From Octopus sinensis (taxonomy: Eukaryota): a DNA stretch of 64,000 bases. Position 1 is the stretch's first letter, and each line of letters opens with the position of its first letter. This document shows positions 38,732 to 53,143 of this stretch, piece by piece. The DNA lies in the NCBI RefSeq assembly GCF_006345805.1, contig NC_042998.1, forward strand, positions 95,790,001 through 95,854,000, read 5' to 3'. Both the position numbers and the translations under genes were made by a program. The notes below the pieces were generated by a model that saw only the letters and a list, made by a program, of their open reading frames with translations, did no database searches and was not told where the DNA came from.

Positions 38732-39469
38732 CTGTTATGTCTGGGAAAAGTCATTTTCTTTTTGTACCTTATAATTTAACACACTCACCGGTAAAATTTC
38801 CACTTATTTCTTTTTTTTTATTTTCCTAAAATTTTCGTTGCGTCTTGCAACCTTTTCAATAGTCTTTTCAAGGCACAAATAGAAAATGACTCCCCCCAGA
38901 CACAACAGAATATGCTTCAACACACGAACTCATATAAGGAATCTTGCAAAACAAATCCAAAAACGAAATATATATATATATATATGAATATTATCAGAAA
39001 CGGAGATATCGTTATTCAGTTCATATTAAAACAGGTACGTTAAAAAATTGAACGAATATTGCAAGAATAGTATCATATTTTATTAATTTCATTTCTCCTT
39101 TCGTGATTTCATTTTCCAAGAAAATGTTTCTTAGGAATTTCATTATCGAGAAAAAAAAAAAAACCCACCCTTACTTTTGTTTTTGAAACAAAAAAAAAAC
39201 GGGAAAAAAAAAACACAATTTGCATCTACTTTTGCGTTTTTAAGTGTTTGTTGAATAACGTCCTTGATCTTTTTCCTTCATTTTTTTAGTACATTTGTTC
39301 TACTTCACACGCTTCTGTTATCCCTACACTTAACGTTCAATATTTTGTATGCCATGAATATATTGTACGAAATTGCCCCTAGTATCTAAATAAGAGAAAT
39401 TATTTGCTTTTATCCTTCTGGGATCGGGGTCAATAAGAGAAAGAAAAAGAAGAAGAGAAAAGGAGGCAA

Positions 39470-40370
39470 AGCTTTTGTAACAGTTCTACTGGGCACTCTA
39501 TTCCAATTTCCTTTATATTCCTCTTGATGCCTTCTGATACTGTTCTTCATTTTTCCACAGCCGGGCTGTTTCGTACTTAAGAGGGTTGTATCTACATTTT
39601 TGCCTTCCTTCTGGACTATTCGTGGATCAGAGGTGCATGCAACATCAACTATATAGCATATGTGGTGCACCTTATCCACCACCGCTAGGTCCGATCTGAT
39701 ATACTCTAGTGCCTTATCTGTTTGGATTGGGAAATCCCAGAGGATTTTGCTAGTCTACGACTCCGTCATTCTCTGCGGTCTGTGCTCATACCACATCTTG
39801 CCTCTCTCTAGTCCCCACTTTTCGCCCAGTTTCCATTGTAGCGCTTTCGTTACCTGGTTGTGTCGTCACAACTTGTAGTGTTTGGGGGCAAGTCTAGGGC
39901 ATTCGTTCGTGATATGGGCAATGGTTTCATCCACTCTATTGCAGATGCGGCACAGCAGAGACACTTGCTCATTCCTCAGGATGACCCTCCAGTTCGTGAC
40001 CGGAGCTTAGTCTTGCGCTGCCAGTATAGTACTCTCGATCTCTTTTTTAGGAATTCTTTCATCAGCCAATCCCATCTATTTTTTTCCAGAAACTTCTGTT
40101 GTGGCTACATGGAATTGATCGTGTTGTCCCTTCTTGCGCAATTCTTCTTCATGTCCTTTTTCCATTTCTTCCTTTGTTTTCCTTTTTTCTCTGCTCTCAA
40201 TACTTCCTCGTTCCTAACTATCACCAGCAAGGCTTCCTTACTTTGGGCTAGGTATCCCATTAAACTCTCGAGTTCGATACAAACGCAGTCTTCCACACTT
40301 ATCAGCCCCCTTTCTCCATTTGCTCTCTTCATATATAGGTGATCAGTGTCTGCACGCTGGGACCTTTGGA
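39470..40370 (-). pseudogene. R4/Dong-like LINE RT C-terminal / RLE fragment
   Basis: ADTDHLYMKRANGERGLISVEDCV; CYIVDVACTSDPRIVQKEG; degenerate. Confidence 0.75.
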
Positions 40371-40489
40371 ACAGTGCATTGACGTCCAGTTCGGGGTCTG
40401 TTATAGCTCTCGGTTCCAAACCTTGGTGCCAGTCCCCCCAGGATCTTTCATACACACAGGATCTTTCTCTCCCGTCTTCGCTCCAGGGA

Positions 40490-40600
40490 GTAGAGTCGTA
40501 GTTCTTAGCTGAGAGCAGTAGTCCAGACGGCTGAGTACAAATGTCCTCCATAGAATCAGCATAGTTTTCTGGTCCCTTGCTACTATCCAGGTGATATGCA
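40490..40600 (-). pseudogene. CR1-like LINE fragment
   Basis: MLILWRTFVLSRLDYCSQL resembles CR1 LY...VRP.LEY...W. Confidence 0.55.
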
Positions 40601-40931
40601 TGTGAAACGAGGCATTTTGCTCATATCAATCCCGAGATCACGCACTGTATGTGACTATGGGATTATCCCTCCTTTCGGTCCAAAGTTGTTACGGCTTCTA
40701 CACACACTTCTACATACATACATACATGCATACATACATACATACATACATACATACATACATACATACATACATACATACATACATACATACATGCAGC
40801 TATACGTTAGTGATGTCTGCCATATATATATATATATATATATATAGGATTTTTTTTTTTCAGAGAAAATTTCTTCAAAAGTGGCAGCATATTAAAATAC
40901 CTATAAAAGTTACAATTATAAACAACTTATA

Positions 40932-41071
40932 AACAAGGGCAATAAAAAAATTATTTCAGTGCCAATATGCTGAGAACAGACTTTAAATCGTATATTGTAA
41001 TGTGGAAATTGACGATTTAAAGTCTGTTCTCAGCATATTGGCATTGAAATAATTTTTGTATTGCCCTTGTT
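40932..41071. repeat. Inverted repeat with ~60-bp arms and a 20-nt spacer
   Basis: aacaagggcaata...gaacagactttaaatcgt / acgatttaaagtctgttctc...tattgcccttgtt; about two mismatches. Confidence 0.9.
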
Positions 41072-41078
41072 AATATGT

Positions 41079-41111
<33 letters not shown>

Positions 41112-41195
41112 GGCAGGCCTCACTAACATATAGCTGCATGAGTTTCCTCTATATCAATTTGTTTGACAAAATCCAAGGAAAATCACAGTAAATGA

Positions 41196-41401
41196 TATTT
41201 ACCCTGCGCGCGTAAGTGAAAGCAGGGTATTATAATCGCCCGTTTTTGTCTGTCTGTGTGTTTGCAAGAAATAACTGGAAAACGACCGAACGGATTTTCA
41301 CCAAATTTGGCAGAAATACTCATTGAGTGAGTGGCTCAAAATGATGAAGATTTGGTTTGCTTATCTTCAAACATACATAAATACATACATAAATATACGA
41401 A

Positions 41402-41436
<35 letters not shown>

Positions 41437-42272
41437 CTGTGTCTGTGTCTGTGTCTGTGTGCGCGTGCGTGTGTGTGTACAGTGATGGATTCGAGGGTTT
41501 TGTTTATTTACGAGTTGATTTCTTGATTTCAGAGGAGTATAAATATCTATAATGGTATTACTTAAAAAGAAATAAAAAAAAATTTAATCGAACTTACAAA
41601 TTTCCCGATAAGTAAGCGGTCATATTATTTATTATGTAACGAACTACAGTGCTTTTGATTCACCTGCTATCATTGAAAGAGGTTGCTATGTAATATTTCT
41701 ATAAGTATTTCATTTTGTTCATTTTCTTTTTCATATGAATCGACCCTTGTATGATGCGTGTGTATAGATCATGTTGTACCTATGCGCGTAGACACGTGTG
41801 GGTACATAAATACATACATAGATATACGACTCTGTGTGGTGTGTGTGTGTGTGTTGTGTGTGTGTGTGTGTGTGGTGTCTGTGTGTGTGTCTGTGTCTGT
41901 GTGCGCGTGCGTGTGTGTGTACAGTGATGGATTCGAGGGTTTTGTTTATTTACGAGTTGATTTCTTGATTTCAGAGGAGTATAAATATCTATAATGGTAT
42001 TACTTAAAAAGAAATAAAAAAAAATTTAATCGAACTTACAAATTTCCCGATAAGTAAGCGGTCATATTATTTATATTATGTAACGAACTACAGTGCTTTT
42101 GATTCACCTGCTATCATTGAAAGAGGTTGCTATGTAATATTTCTATAAGTATTTCATTTTGTTCATTTTCTTTTTCATATGAATCGACCCTTGTATGATG
42201 CGTATGTATAGATCATGTTGTACCTATGCGCGTAGACACGTGTGGGTACATAAATACATACATAGATATACG

Positions 42273-42308
<36 letters not shown>

Positions 42309-42524
42309 GTATACAGTAATGGATTCGAGGGTTTCGTTTATTTACGAGTTGATTTTTTAATTTCCCTTTTCTTAGGCTTCTAATCCTCTTTTAGTTAAAC
42401 ATTTACAAAGTTTAATTCAGTTCAATTAAAAAGCATGGGCAAGCAACGCATTGTTAAGCCACACTATAATTTGCGAAAACATTTATCTGCGCGCAGGGTG
42501 TGTATCGCTCCTCCGACGCCTTTT
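41196..42524 (+). mobile_element. Helentron-associated (HINE/DINE-1-like) non-autonomous element with internal ~435-bp tandem duplication
   Basis: T-run, subTIR ccctgcgcgc, gtctgtctgt microsatellite, accgaacggattttcaccaaatttggca core, 3' subTIR gcgcgcaggg, short stem and T-run; internal unit recurs at ~41378, ~41807 and ~42250. Confidence 0.65.
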
Positions 42525-43899
42525 TAAAAAATTTCTTAAGACTTCCACTTTGATTCCTTTTACTTTTATTTTGAGTATTTATAGGTTCGATCGTTCTCCA
42601 TATATAATTCTAATTGCAGAGTTTATTGAATTGTTATTATTCACACATGACTAAAGATCTCTGTGAAAAAGAAAACAGCCCTCAGAAACAACTATTAATT
42701 AACAATATAATCCAAAGGTGTGAGAAAACGAGCCCACATATTCGCAATAGCATTAATAATGAGGCAGAAATAGCACACGACCTAAAAGTAGGTACAATAA
42801 ATAATTACAAAATGCGAATCATTTACCTCACTCAAGGTTCACAAAAGGCATCTCATCTCTAATCTTAGATTTATGGTTATTAACTCTGCCAGATCCGTGA
42901 TAGGCTTAGTTAATAAGAAAATAATTATCAATAATAATAATAATAGTTTCAAATTTTGGCACAAGACCAGTAATTTCGGAAAGACGAAAAGCAAAGACGA
43001 CCTCAGCGGACTTTGAAGTCGGAAAGTAAAGAACTCGGAAAGTTGCCCGGCGTACTAACGATTCTGCTAGCTCTCCGCCTTATCAATAAAAATAATATTA
43101 TAAGAGCTACTAACCTGCAGCAATAGAACTTAATTATACTGTAGCAAAATGGCTTAGCAATATCTAATAAGAATATATTGGAGTTTTACCCACTTTGACA
43201 TTGTAAACTTCTACTCTTCCATACCGAAGATTTTACACATTACCCACCAACCAGGTGCCCTCTTTATGACCAGAGATCGGCCTGCCAAGAATCTTCAGTT
43301 CTCTCTATATTGTGCTGTATGCATATAATCGGCTGGGTTTCTGTTTCCAGTCCATACGTTGATGTCGTCAGTCTACAAATGTCTTAGTCACTTGTGAATA
43401 CACATTCACTCACTCACTTACACACACAAACACCCCCACACATACACACACACAATCAAGTCGAGTCGTTCCCATGGCATTCTGCTGTTAGGGCATCAGA
43501 CGTATTTACCAATCTTTTCTATACTCCTTAGTCTTTGACCTTCTTTATGAAACCGATCTCCGACTGGTAGAGTATAGAATTAAATATTAGAATGAAATAC
43601 TTTCATTTAAGTATTTTATTATACCAGATAATCTCGATGGCAGGCATTTCCTCTCCAACATATTGGTGGCGTTTGCTCTCAAATACCACATGCACTTTTG
43701 AGAGCTTTCTCTTTCTAATCCTGCCGGGTACTAATACACTCTCCACACTAATTAGAAGGATTGAGAGATTTAGACGGTAACAACTCGAACATCAGCAAGT
43801 AGTATTGCATTACATGATAACCCGTAGCAAATATATATTCATACATACATACATACACAAATACACACATACATATGCATACATGTGCGCATATATATA

Positions 43900-43934
<35 letters not shown>

Positions 43935-43955
43935 GATATATATATATATATATAT

Positions 43956-44005
<50 letters not shown>

Positions 44006-44011
44006 ACGTAT

Positions 44012-44069
<58 letters not shown>

Positions 44070-44717
44070 GTATACATATATGTATCTCTGTGTGTGCACT
44101 TGGCTGTGTATGTATATGTATGTAAATGTGCGTGCGTGTATACATATGCGTATATATATATATAAAAGAGAGTTTGCATGTGTGTGTGTGCGTATTCTCC
44201 TTATGCATTCCAAAACATAGTTGCTGATTTTGATGTATGGGGTATCAAAAAATTCAGTAGGCTTTTGGCTACCAACTAAACTATGTTTTCATTTACATAC
44301 TTGAATTACAAAAATATAACATTATCGTTTTTCTTTTAATCACCTATCATAAACGACATTTTATAACACCACCACAACAACGATAGCATAACATTTTTAT
44401 ACGAGTGTGATCGCGCGTTCGTTACATACATTTGGCCGATGAATGACAAGTGTATGTGTTTGACAGTGGATGTGTGTCAGTGTACATATATTTTTGTGAC
44501 GACTGACACACGTGTATCTAAAGACAGAGACAGAGATAGGTCTGAGGTGAGCGTTAATGTGTGTGTGTCTTAGTATATGTATGTGACTTTACCCCCTTCC
44601 CCAACAGTGAAACGCGCCGATTTAGAAAGTTTAGTTTAGTGTATTAAAATAAGTCGCAACCAAAACAATTGCATTAAAACACATCCATTTCTCTATATGT
44701 TATGAGGAAATACAGTC

Positions 44718-44786
<69 letters not shown>

Positions 44787-45358
44787 TACACACAAACTCT
44801 CTCTCTGTCTCTCTTTCTCTCTCTCCATCCACGCACGCACAAAAAAGATGTATGCATATGTATTTATGGGCGAAGGTAAAGAATACGCAGACTCGGTGGT
44901 TAGGGTTACGCCGAAAACGAGTGGTGTGCGTATTCTTTACCTCCGTCCATTTGTGTACGAATACATGAAAGATAATGTAATGTTGTGTGTATGTGTGTGT
45001 GTGTTTGAAAGAGAGAGAAAGAGAGAAAGAGTGCCACTTACACATACATGCAAAAAATTCATGCATCATAACACACACCTTCACTCACTCACTCACTCTT
45101 TTTCTCTCTCTCTCTCTCACACACACACGTCCATTTCATATACACGTACATGTTTCTCTTTCTCCTCTTTTACTTTCTCTCACTTCAAAGCAAATGTTGC
45201 TTTTCATTTTATCCTCTCTTTCAATTTCTGCTCTCTCCAAAGCATAAAGAATTTTAAAATTGTTACGGAAATTAACGAACAATCATACGGTCCCATATAT
45301 GTCGAGTTGACAACTTTGCTTCTTCAAACGAAAGGATGCCATGAAAATAACTTCCTTT

Positions 45359-45433
<75 letters not shown>

Positions 45434-46611
45434 ATTCTAGGTAAAACTTCTTTGCGAATTATGTTATTTCTTGCAGTATGCACACGCAAATTTACAGCTA
45501 AAATCCAATTGAAATTATCTTTTTCTACAATTCAGCAGGGGAAATTAAGCTTGAAATCTTGTAGAGTAAAATATATGGTTTCTGGCCAGTTAAAATGTTA
45601 GTTCTGACTTCAATATTGAAGTTGAGAGTGATTATATTTTTTTCTGATGTATTAACTTCAAATAAGATAACGATGAAGGATTTTGTACGTGTTAGAAATC
45701 GAATTTGATATAAACACACGACACCTTTCATTACTGCATAAAATAGTTGGGGGCATATAAGATTTTAGGGAAACGTTATTCGTGTTCTTTATTCTGTTAA
45801 ATTCTCTGCAGAGGTATTTTTATTTCTTTATTTTTTTACAGATAATGGTAATATAGTTCTTAAACTTGTAGCGTACGTCATTCTTGAAAGGTTGAAAATG
45901 AATGTCGGCGGAAGTTTGTGGTATTGTCTGAGGAATTTTTTTTTAAACAGTAAATGTCATCCCAAGTTTTTAATGATGCTTTTTATTTTCTGTAGAATGC
46001 GTGTACGGTAGACTTTCCATGATATTTATTGATTGCAGCATATTTGGTAAGGTGTAATCAAGAAGTTCTCAACCGGTTAGAAGAGCAAATATGCTAATGT
46101 TAAGGTTAATGCGTATTCAAATATATTGTAAATACGCAAGAATTAAGTGTTTAGATACATCATCAATATACGATCATGAAGTGGTGAATTATATATTGTA
46201 AACACGCAAGAATTATATATTGTAAACACGCAAGAATAAGTGTTTAGATACATCATCAATATACGATCATGAAGAGGTGAATTTTAGCCAGTATTTATGT
46301 AAATTTTACTTCAATATTCGTTTAAATTCCTTAAACATATGTGATTCTATTAAATGCTCTAGCAGCTATAATATATTGTATATATATAGTTCGAAGCATA
46401 TCGTAGAATTTGGGTCTAATGTATATTTATATATAAGCGCTCGCTTATATATCTGTGTATATACACATGTATATGTCACACATTTATATAACTTAGCAGT
46501 TCAGCAAAAGTTACCGATAGAATAAGAATCAGGCTTTAAAGAAAAATATAAGTACGGAGTTAGATTGATTCGACAAAAAATTCTTCAAGGCAGTTCCCCA
46601 GTTCCCATATA

Positions 46612-46779
46612 TAGGTGCCGGAGTGGCTGTGTGGTGAGAAGCTTCCTTCCCAGTCACATAATTCCGGGTTCAATCCCATTGTGTGACACCTTGGGTAAGT
46701 GTCTTCTACTATAGCCTCGGACCGACCAAAGTCTTGTGAGTAGATTTGGTAGATGGAAACTGAAAGGCCGTCGTATATG

Positions 46780-46870
<91 letters not shown>

Positions 46871-47145
46871 TGTGTGTGTGTGTGTGTGCGTTTGAAAAAA
46901 TATAATTTATGCATATATTTGTTTAGGTAAGCATTAATATATCGAATTGCATATTACAGTTTTTATTGAATTTGCCTTCACACCATAGGCGCAGGCGTGG
47001 CGGTGTGGTAAGAAGCTTGCTTCTCATCCACATGGTTCTGGGTTCAGTCCTACTGTGTGGCACCTTAGGTAAGTGGCTTCTACTTTAGCTCCGGCTCGAC
47101 CAAAGCATTGTGAGAGAATTCGATAGACAGAAACTGAAAGCCCAT
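46612..47145 (+). mobile_element. Two family A SINE heads
   Basis: taggtgccggagtggctgtgtgg... and taggcgcaggcgtggcggtgtggtaag... Confidence 0.8.
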
Positions 47146-47593
47146 CATGTATAAGTATATTATCGATATGTAATTGTAAGATCTAAGTGTAGGAAGTTTG
47201 TACTCTTCGAACAGTCCGTGGTAGGTATAAAAACTACTTTCAAGAACAATAATGATTTATTGGTGTCGAAGTTCAATAAACTAAAAATATTTTGTATAGC
47301 TCACGGTTAGCAAGTAGAATTGCTATGGATGCGAATATCTGCTAACTGGAAAACATATTTAGCCTGGGTATTAGGCTGTTGCACTCGCTCGATTTGGATG
47401 TGTGTGTGTGTGTGTGTTGTGTGTGTGTGTGTGTTCAGCTAAACTATTTCAAGGCGGTGTTCTAGCATGGCCGCAGTCTAATGACTGAAACAAGTAAAAT
47501 ATAAAGAGTGCCAATATTCTGAAATTTGGGTTTTAACGTTTTAACTTTTCATTGTTTCGTTTATTCTATGAAGTAATTTTATATATATATATA

Positions 47594-47992
47594 CTAGCAG
47601 TATCGCCCGGCGTTGCTCGGGTTTGTAAGGGAAATAACTATATAAGCATTTTTAGAGAGTTATAACCAAAAGATAGCAAAAAAATGCATTAAAAATGGAA
47701 AAAAAAATTATGGTAAAATTTTTTTAAATCGTTGACTCATCGTAGACATTTTTAGAGAGTTACTTCCCTTACATAATAGCGAAAAAAATGCATTAAAATG
47801 GAAAAAAATGATGGTAAATTTTTTTTTTAATCGTTGACTCATCGTAGACGCGCGCTAATACCCAGAAGGGCTCGATATGAATCACGACTATAAGATACCC
47901 GGTTTTGGTTAAACTGCACCGCAAAGTGTAGGAGTAGTTAGGAATCTAAATCGTAGGAGACAGACACACAACTTGACTTCTATATATAAAGA
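47594..47992 (-). mobile_element. Non-autonomous Helitron
   Basis: Minus strand begins A|TC(tttatatatag) and ends with hairpin cccg-agcaacgc-cggg then CTAG|T; internal ~100-bp duplication. Confidence 0.8.
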
Positions 47993-47994
47993 TA

Positions 47995-48207
47995 TATTCT
48001 TTTATTCTTTTACTTGTTTCAGTCATTTGACTGCGGCCATGCTGGAGTACTGCCTTTAATCGACCAACTCGACCTTGGGACTTATTCTTTGTAAGCCCAG
48101 TACTTATTCTATCTGTCTCTTTTTGCCGAACCGCTAATTTACGGGGACATAAACACACCAGCATCGGTTGTCAAGCAATGCTAGGGGGGACAAACACAGA
48201 CACACAA

Positions 48208-48246
<39 letters not shown>

Positions 48247-48410
48247 GACATATATACGACGGGCTTCTTTCAGTTTCCGTCTACCAAATCCACTAACAAG
48301 GCTTTGGTCGGCCCGAGGCTATAGGAGAAGACACTTGCCCAAGGTACCAGCAGTGGGACTGAACCCGGAACCATGTGGTTGGTAAACAAGCTACTTACCA
48401 CACAGCCACT
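47995..48410 (-). mobile_element. tRNA-derived SINE (family A), full length
   Basis: Reverse complement of the 12558-12972 family. Confidence 0.88.
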
Positions 48411-48479
48411 CATACATATATATATATATAATAGAGATTTTCTTAACGAACTAGTTTCATATGTATGTATGTATGTATG

Positions 48480-48511
<32 letters not shown>

Positions 48512-49708
48512 TGTATGTATGTATGTATCTATGTATGTATGTATAAAACTGGTGGATTTTTATTATCCTTTGAATAAATGTTTAGTCACCAAGCTAAAAT
48601 TTCTATAAAACCTGTTCCACCAACATTGTGTCGGAATTAGTGCATACATAAAGGCATTTCTACATAAACAAGGACAGTCTGATACCACTGACCGTCAAGT
48701 CTCAATATTAAACGATCTTTATGCGCCAAATATGAACATGATTCATGAACTCATCAATGCTAGGTTATATACCATAAACTAACAACTATTTATAGAATAT
48801 GCACCTCAATTTACCTTTCTGTTTAAAGTGGCATTTCAACCACAATGACATTTGATTTCTAACAACAGTCTAGCAATAGCTAAAGTTGCTTAAGTAATTT
48901 CACATAGACAACTTTCTCCCTTCTTATCTTTTATAGAATTTTTAATATATAAAAATCTAGTGTGCTACCCACAGATATAAATAAATGTTGTTATGTCTTG
49001 TTATTATTATTATTTTCATTGTAATTGTATTTGTGTAACATTGTCCGTTTTTTCCGTCCTTGTTTTTGAATACATTCACTGATTTCTTCCAAGGAATCTA
49101 ATGCTCTTAGGTTAGTTTTTCCTTGGGGCTGGCCAGATTGGAGCAATCTCAAGTATAACCAGCGGAAATTGCGAAGATAATCTGGTACTTAACCGAGGAA
49201 AGAAAACTTTTCTTTGTATCGTCTATCTTTCTTTGTATCGTCTACATTAGGATCCAGATTGGCACATAAGTATGTCCGGGTTCCAGTTAGTAATTTTCCT
49301 TATGTCATAAAGAAAATTACTAACTAAAATTACTAATGTATGCGTTATTAATAATATTATGAATGATAATAATGGTAACATTTATTGTATTGACAACGAT
49401 AATGATGCTAACTTCAATGACACTTTAGAAATTAGTATGACGTAATATAATGTACTATTGCCTATGTATATTTGCATCTAGGTACTAATATGTGTATGTC
49501 TATTATCACAATATTAAGTCGAAAAACTGAGACGTTGAATGTGGAACATATATATGTTTACTAATTTATATTATTTATTTATATCATTATGTATATGTAT
49601 ATTTTTATATGTATAGGAGTGTGAGTATATGCACTCATATGTATATATATATGTTGTATTATGGGTATGTACCCACACCCATGTGGATATATATGTAGAC
49701 TGATTTAT

Positions 49709-49848
49709 ATTACATAATCTCCGAAGAGGCCTTATGATATTTTTGTAAATGTCTCATTTATATCTATATATTGACCTACCATAAAAGGCTAATATTGGTA
49801 AAATGAGACACACTTATCTACATGGCCGAAACAGCTGTAAGATGTAAT
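49709..49848 (+). ncRNA. Type I hammerhead ribozyme with U4->C core variant and ~90-nt stem II insertion
   Basis: AUUAC AUA AUCU CCGAAGA GGCC...GGCC GAAAC AGCU GUA AGAU GUAAU; bulged stem I; palindromic stem III. Confidence 0.7.
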
Positions 49849-50607
49849 CTATACTTATATTTATATTTACTTATATTTATATTCTCTTTTATATATATTC
49901 TACTTATCATACATCATTACTCTTTTATGTACACTTTTTTATGTACACTACTGTATGTACACTGATTTGTTCTGCTTTTTATATTTAACCCTACAGTCTC
50001 TTATGTAGTGGTTTAATAAAGTATGTGATTGAGTATTATCTGGTAATTGATATTTGATTTAGATGTATTTCTCCATTTTCTTATCTTGTATTAGTAATTT
50101 GTGGTAAATCATTTTACCTTTGCCCATATAATACAGTAAATGAATTGATTGCATCGCAGTCATTAACATTTATGTATTAACTTTGTTGGGTACTTCACTA
50201 GCAGTATATTGGATATATGTTATCCCATGGAGGGTGCATTTACAACCCCTATCTCAATTTGTATATATATATATATATATATATATTATTGATGAGGGAA
50301 ATAAGGGAAACGGAAAATGGATTTGATACGAATCTTTGAATAAAGATTAGTGTTGAATAAAAATTTGTACCAAATCAATTTCCCATTTCCCCTCATTATT
50401 TATAAACCAAACGAACACTGCGTAATTCCTACCGTAGATCCAATGAAAACTATACCGTAACAGCGGATGACATCAGTTAGCCCAAACGGTGAATGTGCTT
50501 TATTCGGCATACTAATAGACATGTACCCAAACGCCAAATAATTACTTACACACACATGCACACGCACGCACACACACACACACACGCACGCACACACATA
50601 CGCACAC

Positions 50608-50638
<31 letters not shown>

Positions 50639-50659
50639 ACACACACACACACATATATT

Positions 50660-51260
50660 TAATGACCTGAAGAATAACCTGCGGTATACTACTCGCTTGG
50701 ATATTTACCACTTCCGGGGTTCCGCTCACAATGAAACATATGTAGCCCAAATCTTATCTACGCCATTCCTTAACTCTTGTGTGTGTGTAGCATCTCGAAA
50801 GAGTCCAGAAGCTGGCTACCCGCATGGTTCATGGTCTCAAAAATTTGTTCTACGAAGAAAGGCTGAGGACGCTCGACCTTTATTCTCTTGAAAAACGCCG
50901 CCGCCGTGGTGATCTCATTCTCGCCCACAACATCATAAGCGGAAAGTGTAACCTCTCGAAAGAGCTGTTCTTCACTCCTGCTCCAGAGCGTCGGCTGCGG
51001 GGTCATTCTGAAAAGCTCTACCTGCGACGATTTCATCTCAATCGAAGGAGAGGAGCTTTCTTCGTCCGGGTTGCGGATCCGTGGAACAAGCTGCCAGACG
51101 AGATGGTGAAGATGCCGACGACCGCTTTGTTCAAAGCCTCCCTGGACCTCAAGTGGCCTGAACTCTTTACATGAACACCACCCTGTACTTAACTCCATGT
51201 CCCCCTACATGGCCTTGCTATTTGCTTTTGAGCCAAATTAACTAACTAACTAACTAACTA
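50660..51260 (+). mobile_element. CR1-like LINE 3' end with (AACT)n tail
   Basis: YEERLRTLDLYSLEKRRRRGDLI...RLRGHSEKL...FFVRVADPWNKLP. Confidence 0.9.
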
Positions 51261-51275
51261 ATATATATATATATA

Positions 51276-51367
<92 letters not shown>

Positions 51368-51944
51368 ATACATAAATATATCTTATACATAAATGCCAAT
51401 TTCTGTCTGTCGATCTGTCTGTTACCATCTTGCTGTCTACACCAGTGAACCAATCTTAACGAAATCTTGCATACATGTTAAACTAACATCCAGTTCTACT
51501 AGTCTAACTGGATTTTAATAAAAATCTATAATGGGCTATTATTTGAGAAAATGAGAAGGGTGTAAAGAGTGTTAGTTTGAGGGGAATATGGTGGCATAGT
51601 GAGAGAGGCTGATATCAGGGAAGGGAAGAACAGTGTTGTGTAAGCGACAAATATGGAATGGCAGTGAGATGATAACGTTAATACAGCTGTCATCCTCGGA
51701 TATACATGCGACACTGCATACATATTTTCGTAAATACATAGTTACATGCATAGACACACACACACTACACATACACGCATTCGCATGCACGTGAATAAAT
51801 TTTAAAACGCCGAAAAAGGGAAAGAAAGGTGAGTGTGAGGAATGCGTAGCTTTAAGGAGTTAGAGGGTAGGTGGATTTTCTGTTGTCTATGGCAAAGAAA
51901 CGCTCACACACACATATACATACATACGTACATGCATATTTGAT

Positions 51945-52365
51945 GGTCGTCCACTCGTTACCGAGGAAGACCATTGCTTACCTTCAGAAAGATTGTGCCT
52001 CTAAGACTAACTTATATTTTGCATTTGCGGCTCCGTTGGTGTCTAATGAGACCTGCTCTTGGCAAGCATACACGACTGCAAACATTGCAGACCAAGCTCT
52101 CCCCATTCACTACACCAGCAGTATGCGTTCGAGCAGCACGCTTAAGTTCTTCATGCAGAATACGTGCTTTCTTAAAGGTGTCGACCCCGCACCATAACCT
52201 GCTTCCTCCATATGTGGCGATGACAGGCATTGCTCTCCCAGTCAGTCTCCTGCATACCTCAGGTCTTTAATGAGGATTTGACACAGTCCTTAAATCGCAG
52301 CCTTGGTTTCTGCCGGGTCTCTTTCCATATAGCATCTGCTTAGGGATCTGTTATCCTTCATTCTA
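51945..52365 (-). mobile_element. RTE-like LINE 3' end
   Basis: C-terminal C2H2 CNVCSRVCLPRAGLIRHQRS, with decayed LYGE...GRP...FKD-type sequence upstream. Confidence 0.7.
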
Positions 52366-52614
52366 ATACATACATACATACATACATACATACATACATA
52401 CATACATACATACATACATACATAATGTCTGCTATACACCATTTTAAACATGTGATTACCTGTGTGTACGTTTCTCAATGTGTGAGTGTATGTGTACGTG
52501 TGTGTCTTTGTGTGTGAGGTGTTATAAATGTCTGTCTGTCTACTTTTGTAGAGTCTTCTCTGTTGCTGTCATATATTGTGAAATTTTTTAAATTACGTCA
52601 AAATTTGGTATATT

Positions 52615-52666
<52 letters not shown>

Positions 52667-52726
52667 CGTTTAAATATTTGTTGTGCAAGATTTTGGCTAA
52701 ACTGGCAATATGACCATTCCGAATAT

Positions 52727-52788
<62 letters not shown>

Positions 52789-52896
52789 TATATATATAAT
52801 ATATATATATAATGAGAACCTACAAAAAAAAAGACGTAGACGGGTGTATAAACAACAAACAGATGTATTAGTTTAACGCTCGGGGAGTGAGAAAGT

Positions 52897-52932
52897 CTTT
52901 GACGTTTCGAGCCTACGCTCTTCGACAGAAAG
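52897..52932 (-). ncRNA. Minimal hammerhead ribozyme (A6->U variant)
   Basis: CUUU CUGUCGA A GAGC GUAG GCUC GAAACGUC AAAG. Confidence 0.65.
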
Positions 52933-53110
52933 GAACTAAAATAAACAAGGAGAGGAAATAGAAAAAGCTTTAGTGGCTAGCGATCTATCATGGCGAATAT
53001 ATATATATATAGTTAATCCAAACATGAACAAAGAGAAAATACAACAACGTGAGGACGTGGAACAAGTATAGTGTTATTGGACGCTCAGGAAAGGAAAGAA
53101 AGAAGGAGGA

Positions 53111-53143
53111 TTTAACGTCTCGAGCGGAGCTCTTCGTCAGAAA
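53111..53143 (-). ncRNA. Minimal hammerhead ribozyme (GAAAC->GAGAC variant)
   Basis: UUU CUGACGA A GAGC UCC GCUC GAGACGUU AAA. Confidence 0.6.

Noticed and set aside
45976-46026. Possible short plus-strand exon (ttttctgtag...ttg|gtaagg)
   Set aside because: Splice-like signals alone are common by chance; no recognisable coding content
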